From a virus, in the IMG/VR virus record IMGVR_UViG_3300037119_005846, positions 32,031 through 96,030 of that record: a stretch of 64,000 nt of DNA; one strand, given 5' to 3'. Below the pieces are notes generated by a model. That model ran no database searches, was not told where the DNA came from, and saw only the letters and a list, made by a program, of their open reading frames with translations. Below, in pieces: positions 7,811 through 14,969 of this stretch. Position 1 is the first letter of the stretch. Each line of letters begins with the position of its first letter. The position numbers and the translations under genes are program-made.

Positions 7811-7881
7811 GCGCCGCCATGCCGGGAATCCTCGCGATGCTGTTCATCACCGCCGCGTTCGTGTGGCTGGTGCGGCGATGA
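7807..7881 (+). CDS. Small membrane peptide
   Basis: 24 aa, hydrophobic, ATGA overlaps at both ends. Confidence 0.55.
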   Translation: MSAAMPGILAMLFITAAFVWLVRR

Positions 7882-8048
7882 CCGGTATCAGCCAGAATTG
7901 CGTCATATGCGGCCAGAACGGCGATGTCGCCGAGCTGGTCTGGCACGAGACCTTTCCGCACGGCGAGCCGAAGCTGGCCCATCCGGGCTGCGTCGGAGCG
8001 CTCGGCTACGAAGTCGGGGCCGAGCAAGCCCGCAGAGAACAGCGTTGA
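7878..8048 (+). CDS. Small zinc-binding protein
   Basis: CVIC...HPGC. Confidence 0.6.
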   Translation: MTGISQNCVICGQNGDVAELVWHETFPHGEPKLAHPGCVGALGYEVGAEQARREQR

Positions 8049-8332
8049 CCGGCATCACCAGCGCCGAGGCGATGGTCGAGCTCGCGGCCCGCGCGCTGGA
8101 CGACATGTACCGATCGTACGAGGAGGACGGCGGCGTCTCGCCCGACACGTACGACGAGCACCTCGCCGTCGCTGACACTCTCGGCGCGCCGCCGTTCGAC
8201 CGCGACAACGAGCTCGAGCGCCTGCTTCTCGACGCCATCTACGATCAGGCCCAGGGCGGCATCGCCATCGACGAGATCGCGCGCCTCCACGTCGAGGCGC
8301 TCGGCGACTGGCTCGACTATGACGCCAGCTGA
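8045..8332 (+). CDS. Acidic hypothetical protein
   Basis: TTGA overlap, ~95 aa. Confidence 0.65.
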   Translation: MTGITSAEAMVELAARALDDMYRSYEEDGGVSPDTYDEHLAVADTLGAPPFDRDNELERLLLDAIYDQAQGGIAIDEIARLHVEALGDWLDYDAS

Positions 8333-8350
8333 ACACCAAGTACAGCCAGG

Positions 8351-8379
8351 TGGACAATTACAACATGATGTTGTATAAT
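8351..8379 (+). promoter_or_regulatory. Class I promoter followed by a CAGAC-rich leader
   Basis: TGGACA-17bp-TATAAT, then CAGACCTCAGACACAGACCACAGACC. Confidence 0.85.
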
Positions 8380-8426
8380 AAACGCAGACCTCAGACACAG
8401 ACCACAGACCCAGGGAGAGAGAAATC

Positions 8427-8462
8427 ATGACGATCAACGCCAACACCGAAGGCGACGACTGA
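8427..8462 (+). CDS. 11-aa minigene (MTINANTEGDD)
   Basis: Follows a GGGAG RBS, and its stop overlaps the next ATG (TGATG). Confidence 0.45.
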   Translation: MTINANTEGDD

Positions 8463-9295
8463 TGGCCGCCGTCGATCACGTGCCGGACGAGAGCTTGCTC
8501 GAGCCTGACCCACGGAAGATGCTGCACATCTCGGTCACCAAGCTGGTCATCGACAGCGAGCCTCAGCGGGCCATGAACATGGACGTCGTAGAGCGCATCG
8601 CCAACGAGTGGGACTGGCTGCGGGCAGAAGCCGCAACCGTCGTCCCCATCGGCGGCGGGAAGTTCCGGGTGGTCGAAGGCCAGCACCGAGTCCGGGCCTT
8701 GCAGCTCCTCGACCTCACGGTCTCGATGTGGTGCCTGGTGCTCCCGAACGAGGAGCTGGGCGTGACCAACGAGGCCAAGCTCGGACGGCAGATCGCCACC
8801 GGACGTCGTGGCTACTCGACGCTCGCCAAGTGGGTGAGCTGCGCGGCCAGCAATGAGCCTCATGAGGTCCAGGCCAACAAGGTGCTCGCCAAGCACGGCC
8901 TCCGGGTCGGGCAGGCGCAGTCCACCCGCACCATTGCCGCGGTCGGGGCGGTCTCTAAGATCGTCCACGGGCAGAAGAACACTCCGGCCTCGGGAGCTGA
9001 TCAGCTCGACAAGGTGATCATGATCATTCTGAACACCTGGCCGGATCATGACCCCAGCTCCAGCACATCGCGATTCGACGGCCGCCTCATCGAGGCTCTC
9101 GGCCTGATCGTGGCTCGCAACCCCGACCTGGACGTCAAGCGCATGGTCACCAAGCTCGCCTCCAAGCGAGCGATGCGCTGGATCGACGACGTGCTCAACA
9201 CCACCTCGGGGAGGTCCATCCGCGACCTGGTCGCCGGCTCGATCATCACGAGCTACAACGCACAGCTCCGCACGGGATCGAGACTAAAGTTGTGA
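8462..9295 (+). CDS. ParB/Srx-fold (DGQHR-type, DUF6551-like) protein
   Basis: LVID..PQR ... FRVVEGQHRVRAL. Confidence 0.7.
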   Translation: MAAVDHVPDESLLEPDPRKMLHISVTKLVIDSEPQRAMNMDVVERIANEWDWLRAEAATVVPIGGGKFRVVEGQHRVRALQLLDLTVSMWCLVLPNEELGVTNEAKLGRQIATGRRGYSTLAKWVSCAASNEPHEVQANKVLAKHGLRVGQAQSTRTIAAVGAVSKIVHGQKNTPASGADQLDKVIMIILNTWPDHDPSSSTSRFDGRLIEALGLIVARNPDLDVKRMVTKLASKRAMRWIDDVLNTTSGRSIRDLVAGSIITSYNAQLRTGSRLKL

Positions 9296-9924
9296 GCGGC
9301 GAGAAGAGGTTCGACAGCACAGGGCGCCCGCAGTATGTTCGCAAGTCCACGCAGGCCGAGATCGACCGGCGCACGGGGCTGATTGCCAAGCTCTACCGGC
9401 GCGGACACAACACGCAGGAGATTGCGACGGGAATGAACGTCAGCGAGGACGTGGTGCGAAAGACTCTGCGGGCCATCTCATCAAACAGAGGGAAGCGGTA
9501 CAGGGGGCGGGGCCCGGTGACCGAGGCGTGCCCCTGGCGCGACGAGGACCTGCCTGTCGTGGAGCGCCACGTCACGACCGAGGTCGAGGAGTCTCGGTGG
9601 CGGCGGTCCAAGATCATCGGGATGGCTCAGATGCTCAACGACGAGTATCGAGAATCCAACTTCACCAATATCCTCGCCAACCAGGTGACCGATGCCGAGG
9701 CAGCCGGCGACAAGGACTGGCTGATCGAGGCGCTGGCGCATGTCACGTCGGCCATCGAGAAGTTGGAGCGGGCCCGACGCGTCCTTGTCGACGACCACTA
9801 CCGAGTGCTCTGCCGAGACACCCTCGAAGGCGTCGAGCAGATGCGGCACAAGGTCAGCGTGCCACTCCTGCGGGTGATCTCGTCCGGCTCCCCCGAGAGG
9901 AGCGCGCGTTGTGAAGAGTCATGA
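9292..9924 (+). CDS. HTH DNA-binding protein
   Basis: LYRRGHNTQEIATGMNVSEDVVRKTL. Confidence 0.7.
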   Translation: MSGEKRFDSTGRPQYVRKSTQAEIDRRTGLIAKLYRRGHNTQEIATGMNVSEDVVRKTLRAISSNRGKRYRGRGPVTEACPWRDEDLPVVERHVTTEVEESRWRRSKIIGMAQMLNDEYRESNFTNILANQVTDAEAAGDKDWLIEALAHVTSAIEKLERARRVLVDDHYRVLCRDTLEGVEQMRHKVSVPLLRVISSGSPERSARCEES

Positions 9925-10162
9925 CGAGGAGATCGCCGTGATCTGCCTTACCACCGACACCCACTCCTCCAACGTGCCCGGCTCGACGCGAGAGTACTGC
10001 TCGATCTGCGCCGCCGAGGTGTGGTGTTCGCCCGCCAGCAGGCTTCTGGCCGACGTCATCATCTGCATGGACTGCGCCCCCGGAGCGATGGAGGCGACCG
10101 GCGGCGAGCTGAGCAAGCCAACGCCCGAGCAGCTGCGCGAGGTCATGGAGAACTGGCCGTGA
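9911..10162 (+). CDS. Small zinc-binding protein
   Basis: CSIC...CMDC. Confidence 0.65.
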   Translation: MKSHDEEIAVICLTTDTHSSNVPGSTREYCSICAAEVWCSPASRLLADVIICMDCAPGAMEATGGELSKPTPEQLREVMENWP

Positions 10163-10542
10163 CCAACCCCGGAGTCTGGATGCTCTGGCCACAGCGTCTT
10201 ACGGCCAGAGACCCCGGCTCCCGCATCGTTCGGGCATTTGATGATCACATCCCCGAGTCCGGGATCATCCTCGCCGCGGCTCCGAACAACGACCTCCGAC
10301 CGCGCGTCCCGCTGGCCGAGGCCGACGTCAAGACGACGATCGGCCAAGGCCAGGCCATAAGTCGCGACCGCCGTCGGCCGGACCATCGCCCGGACTACCT
10401 CCTGTCACTGTGCTGGTGCGGCGCCACCAGAGTCTGGGTGTCCTCGGCAGAGGTCAGGGCCGGTCGCACGCGGCCGTGCCGCAATCTGAGGTGCGGCCCG
10501 ACGAACCAGCTGACGAGGGTCAGAAGCAACAGCTCATGGTAG
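10159..10542 (+). CDS. Hypothetical protein
   Basis: GTGA overlap, CWC...C....C. Confidence 0.55.
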   Translation: MTNPGVWMLWPQRLTARDPGSRIVRAFDDHIPESGIILAAAPNNDLRPRVPLAEADVKTTIGQGQAISRDRRRPDHRPDYLLSLCWCGATRVWVSSAEVRAGRTRPCRNLRCGPTNQLTRVRSNSSW

Positions 10543-10551
10543 AGTCGCGGC

Positions 10552-12051
10552 GTGCCCGTGTCATCGCTGCAGCCTGTCTACCCGCCGCCGGCCGGCCGCG
10601 CCGTCGAGGCTCCGTGGGGCGTCGCCGTCGCCGAGAGCGTCGTCCAGCACTTCGCCAGCACGACTACTCGTGATACAAACTGGACGACGCCGCCTGTCGG
10701 CGCGCTCTGCGCGACTCAGAGCGACAAGTTTCTGTGGTACTTCGCCGGCGGCACCGTCCCGACCGGCTGGAAGAAGATCGCGCAGGTAGCTCTCGACGTT
10801 ACCCCGGTCGCAGCCGCCGCGGTACAGACCATCGGCGACACCATGACCGGCCCGCTGATCATTAATGCTACACCGGGTCTCAAGATACGCCGCAGCAACA
10901 ACTTGCCGTACTTGCAGTTCGAAGACGTCACTGGCGTTACTCGATACGGCTACGTCCAGGGCACGGCAGCGGACATGGTCTATTACGTCGATGCGGCGAC
11001 AGCCGATCACAGTTTCTGGGTCAATAACGCGCGGAAGCTGGAGATCAACAGCACTAACACTGACGTCTGGACAACGCTCACCGCACACCAGAGTATCGAC
11101 GTTACGAGTGGTATTGATGTGAACGGCGGCGGCGTGCGCATCGGCGGCAACGGCGCCCAGCTCAAACTGATTGACACGTCGACGTCCGCGTCTGACTTCC
11201 ACGACACCTACATCGAGTTCTTCGGCGACGGCGTGTCGATGGCGTCGCCTGGCACCCGGTCCGGCTACGTCGGGTTCCCCGGTAGCACGACGATGTACAT
11301 GAACAACGAAGTCCTCAACGGAGGGATACGACTTCAAGGCAATGGGTCGGGCACGGTCACCCTCGCGACCGGCACCAGCGGCGACATCAACATGTTGTGT
11401 GGGTCGGCCGGCAACATCTTGCTGAACGCGGCCACCTGGGGCGTGATGTCTTCGGGAGGTGCCGAGCGCGGCCGTTGGGGTTCGACGTTCATGTGGGGCA
11501 AGACGAGCAGTGGTCACGGCAACGTTGGTTGCGAGTTGTTCGAGTCCGGGGTGATCTACGCGACGACGGCGACCGCATCGTCGTGTCTGGTGCTGCGTCA
11601 CAACACTGACACCGATGGCGGCTCATTCATCCTGTTCCTCAACTCGGCCGGCGGTTCCCTGTCGACGCTCAGTCAAGATGACGTCGCCCCCACCGGCATC
11701 AAGATCAACAACTGCACGACGACCACCCCATCCGACTACCGGTTGAAGGACGACCTCGGCCCGATGGTCGGCGCCCTCGACCGGGTCCTCCAGCTGCAAC
11801 CAAAGCATCTGGCGTGGAAGGAGACCGGCGTCGAGTTCGACGGGTTCATCGCCCACGAACTGGCGACGGTGGTGCCGGACGCCGTAGACGGCGACAAGGA
11901 CGCCGTCTACGACGAAACCGAAGCCGAAATGATGGGCGTCCAACCGGGCGACATCAAAGCGCAGCAGCTCGACCAGACGCCGCTGATCCCGTTGCTGGTC
12001 GCCGCCGTTCAGGAACTCGCCGAGCGCCTCGCCGCGCTCGAAGATGCATGA
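10552..12051 (+). CDS. Tail fibre/spike with C-terminal intramolecular chaperone (peptidase S74)
   Basis: Gly/Thr-rich beta body, S-D cleavage motif PSDYRLKD, GFIAHEL, terminal LVAAVQEL coiled coil. Confidence 0.9.
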   Translation: MPVSSLQPVYPPPAGRAVEAPWGVAVAESVVQHFASTTTRDTNWTTPPVGALCATQSDKFLWYFAGGTVPTGWKKIAQVALDVTPVAAAAVQTIGDTMTGPLIINATPGLKIRRSNNLPYLQFEDVTGVTRYGYVQGTAADMVYYVDAATADHSFWVNNARKLEINSTNTDVWTTLTAHQSIDVTSGIDVNGGGVRIGGNGAQLKLIDTSTSASDFHDTYIEFFGDGVSMASPGTRSGYVGFPGSTTMYMNNEVLNGGIRLQGNGSGTVTLATGTSGDINMLCGSAGNILLNAATWGVMSSGGAERGRWGSTFMWGKTSSGHGNVGCELFESGVIYATTATASSCLVLRHNTDTDGGSFILFLNSAGGSLSTLSQDDVAPTGIKINNCTTTTPSDYRLKDDLGPMVGALDRVLQLQPKHLAWKETGVEFDGFIAHELATVVPDAVDGDKDAVYDETEAEMMGVQPGDIKAQQLDQTPLIPLLVAAVQELAERLAALEDA

Positions 12052-12065
12052 CATCGGAGGAACAG

Positions 12066-12401
12066 ATGACCACGACCATCGAGCCGCCGCCTCCGGGCAC
12101 CGTCTTCACGAGAGACCCGGTGCAGATCACGACAGGCATCTTCACGCTGCTGCTCGGAGTCACCGCCGTGCTGACGATGACCGGTGTGCTCGAGGAGGTG
12201 ATCAGCGGCGTCATTACCGGAGTGCTCACGGCCGCCTGGGCCGCCGTCAACCAGCTGCTCGTGCGCCCGGCCACGGTGCCCCGTCAGCCGCTGGCTGAGC
12301 TCGCATACGAAATGGCTCAGCCGGCGAGCACAGTCGCTCCGGCGTCCACTCTCGTGGTCGAGGTCGAGTCGGATCAGAAGAAGTCACCGCCGAAGAAGTA
12401 A
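12066..12401 (+). CDS. Holin (2 TM)
   Basis: Two hydrophobic helices with RDPV and VRPATVP flanks, directly upstream of the lysins. Alternative start 12048. Confidence 0.65.
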   Translation: MTTTIEPPPPGTVFTRDPVQITTGIFTLLLGVTAVLTMTGVLEEVISGVITGVLTAAWAAVNQLLVRPATVPRQPLAELAYEMAQPASTVAPASTLVVEVESDQKKSPPKK

Positions 12402-13189
12402 TGGCTGATACCTCTAACGGCATCGTCTACACGACGAAAGAGTGGGCCTACGTTTGCGCCCACGTCGGCTGGCGGCAGCCTGATCTGTCACGGTTCGTCG
12501 CCACCTGCATCGGTGAGTCACAGCTTCACTCGGCCGCGTACCGGCCGGCGACGCAGAACCCGGGCATCCCCACCACCGTGCCGAAGAACCGGGCAGGCCA
12601 TGACTGGTCGATCTGCATGATCAACGACTACTTCTTCCCGGTCGATGACCCGTTCACCCGGCTCGATCCGATGACAGCTGCTCGTGATGCCCTGGAGATC
12701 TACAAGGCGAATGGGTTGAAGCCGTGGGGCTGGTACGACAAGCGCAACGACGTCAACATGCACGTTGCTGCGATCACCGAGGAGATCGGGCCCAACCCGT
12801 ACGACATCCACCATTCGCCGTACTGGCGGATGAAGAGTGCGCTGATTAACACGTGGGACTTGCCGGTCCCGCCGGCGGATGACTACGTGCCGATCCTGCC
12901 GCCGGCGCCGCTGCGGTACAACACCGGCGGCTATCCGCCCGATCCGACTGGCGTCAGCGTCAACAAGCTCCAGCGGATTCTACAGTCGATGGGTCGCTTC
13001 ACCGGCGCGCTCGACTACTGGTACGGCAGTCGGGTGCGAGATGGCGTGGCGTCGATCCAGCGCGATCTCACGGCGGCAATGCTGTGGACCGGACCGAGCG
13101 ACGGTAAGCTGTTCAGCGTCGAACTCGCGCAGGTATGGGAGGGTGTGCTCGAGGCTCAGTTCGCATTCAACAGAGGGACACTGACATGA
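12401..13189 (+). CDS. Endolysin 1: lysozyme-fold lytic transglycosylase with a degenerate PG-binding domain
   Basis: IGES catalytic Glu motif, CMIN, LDP..AA..A..IY..G.KPW, and a C-terminal V.KLQ..L segment. Confidence 0.65.
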   Translation: MADTSNGIVYTTKEWAYVCAHVGWRQPDLSRFVATCIGESQLHSAAYRPATQNPGIPTTVPKNRAGHDWSICMINDYFFPVDDPFTRLDPMTAARDALEIYKANGLKPWGWYDKRNDVNMHVAAITEEIGPNPYDIHHSPYWRMKSALINTWDLPVPPADDYVPILPPAPLRYNTGGYPPDPTGVSVNKLQRILQSMGRFTGALDYWYGSRVRDGVASIQRDLTAAMLWTGPSDGKLFSVELAQVWEGVLEAQFAFNRGTLT

Positions 13190-13371
13190 GTGATGAACCA
13201 GAAGTAGTCGAAGATGACTCCGAAGAGGTCGACTTCGAGATCGACTTGGACGCCGTGCCCGAGATGACGGGAGGGCGCTTTCCCGAGGAACTCGAGGAGC
13301 ATCTCTCCGATCCCGTCGAGGAAGGCGAAGTGCCCGAGGTCGATGGGTCAGAAGAAGATGAGGTCGACTGA
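13186..13371 (+). CDS. Very acidic small protein
   Basis: 61 aa, D/E-rich, coupled to both lysin genes. Confidence 0.7.
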   Translation: MSDEPEVVEDDSEEVDFEIDLDAVPEMTGGRFPEELEEHLSDPVEEGEVPEVDGSEEDEVD

Positions 13372-14231
13372 TGGCGATCCTGTATCCATTCGGCTACGGC
13401 GACTGGGCGGCTCGGGTCACACTCGACACGCTGTTCGAGAAGGAGACGGTCCGCAAGCTGCACCCCGAGTACCGGCGACGACTCAAGTCCTTGCTCGTCA
13501 AGGGTGGCGGTCGCTTCGGCATCGGCACCGGATGGCGCTCGTCGGACGTGCAGAAGTCGATCTTCCTCGCTCGTCACTACAAGGTCGCCTCGGGCGGGTG
13601 CTGCCGCTACGGCAACGCCCGCTACCAACTCAAGAAGGGCGTCGCCCACGCAGCTCCGCCTGGATCGAGCTTCCACGAAGCGGTCGTGCACGGCTGGGCC
13701 AGTGCCATTGATGCGATCGGTGACATCAACTGGTTGGCGCAGAACTGCGAGGCGTACGGCCTTGAGCAGGCGACGTGGGGGAACGAGGACTGGCACTACC
13801 AGTTCACCGAGTTCCCGCACTCGGTAACGCAGTGGCGTGCAGCTGGTCAGCCCGCTCCGAAGACGTGGTCAATCCCGGGCGTGCAGCCGCCGGTCGGCCC
13901 GCCGACTACCGGCTGGGCTGCCGCGGGAGCGAAGATGAGCACGCCGCCGGGCACGCCGACGCTGCGTCGCACGGTCCAGCACAGCAACGTGCCGTGGCTT
14001 CAGGCGGTGATGTGCTCGATGCCGAAGCCGCCGGCAGACGGTGGCAAGCCGATCTATCCGCCGACCCGCGTCACGTCCGACCGGATCGGCGCTGGTCCCG
14101 TCGACGGCGACTTGTTCGGTGATCTGACGTACGAGGCCGTGCGCTACTGGCAGTCGAAGAACGCGCTCACCGCGGATGGCATCTACGGGCCGCAAACGGC
14201 GGCGAAGCTGACCACAGTTCGCGGCAAGTAA
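13371..14231 (+). CDS. Endolysin 2: M15-family zinc peptidase with PG_binding_1 domain
   Basis: GWRS..Q, APPGSSFHE, AID, EDWH, and C-terminal T..AVRYWQ....LTADGIYGPQT. Confidence 0.85.
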   Translation: MAILYPFGYGDWAARVTLDTLFEKETVRKLHPEYRRRLKSLLVKGGGRFGIGTGWRSSDVQKSIFLARHYKVASGGCCRYGNARYQLKKGVAHAAPPGSSFHEAVVHGWASAIDAIGDINWLAQNCEAYGLEQATWGNEDWHYQFTEFPHSVTQWRAAGQPAPKTWSIPGVQPPVGPPTTGWAAAGAKMSTPPGTPTLRRTVQHSNVPWLQAVMCSMPKPPADGGKPIYPPTRVTSDRIGAGPVDGDLFGDLTYEAVRYWQSKNALTADGIYGPQTAAKLTTVRGK

Positions 14232-14677
14232 TGTTCACACGACCGCCGCAGCAGACAATCAAGGTAGCGGCCGCCGTCTATGGCCAGCTGACCGTGAACA
14301 TCCGTGAGGGTGACGCACTCCACGGTGAGAACTACAGGCAGGCGAGAATCTGGATCGTCATCGACGAAGATGAAGACGGCAGCGACGAGCCAGTGGGGCA
14401 TCTCATCTACGCGTTCAACGACTCGAGCAGAGGCGGGCAGCCGACGTGGGTCGAGGCTGGTTCAGTGCAGCGCGCGATGGTGCGCGCGGTCGGCGGCACA
14501 CAGTCGTGGGACGTCGTCCTCGTCGACCCGATCGACGATGGCCCAATGTCATTGAGGATAGTCGCAGCTCCGTGCGTCTGCGGCGCTGGCGCAGTCGGCA
14601 GCGCCGGTCCGTCCGGCGAAGCACACTACGTCGACTACGTCCGCGCCGACCAGTACGCGTTCATTCAGCGCTCGTGA
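14231..14677 (+). CDS. Hypothetical protein
   Basis: TAATG coupling, 148 aa, CVCG motif. Confidence 0.7.
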   Translation: MFTRPPQQTIKVAAAVYGQLTVNIREGDALHGENYRQARIWIVIDEDEDGSDEPVGHLIYAFNDSSRGGQPTWVEAGSVQRAMVRAVGGTQSWDVVLVDPIDDGPMSLRIVAAPCVCGAGAVGSAGPSGEAHYVDYVRADQYAFIQRS

Positions 14678-14762
14678 GCTGTACGGTCTACTCTGGAGCA
14701 GGAGAGGATCGCCGCCGAGTTTCTCTCTTGCTCCATAGCGGTCGCGAGTATAGTTCAGTTTC

Positions 14763-14969
14763 ATGAACCTCGCGGTCGTGGTCATGGGCGTCTGCGTCAC
14801 CTTCTGTTTCGCCGCGGCCGTGGCATTGTTCTTCATTGATCAGTCGGCTGCAGCGTGGGCAACTCTCGTCATCGCGCTGCTGTCTACGCTCTCGCTTCTC
14901 GCCATGGTCGTGTCGACCGGTCGCGCTGAGACGAGCGTCGCTGACATCAACTCGAGGCGGCGGCTGTGA
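14763..14969 (+). CDS. Two-TM membrane protein
   Basis: 68 aa, hydrophobic, TATAGT upstream. Confidence 0.65.
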   Translation: MNLAVVVMGVCVTFCFAAAVALFFIDQSAAAWATLVIALLSTLSLLAMVVSTGRAETSVADINSRRRL

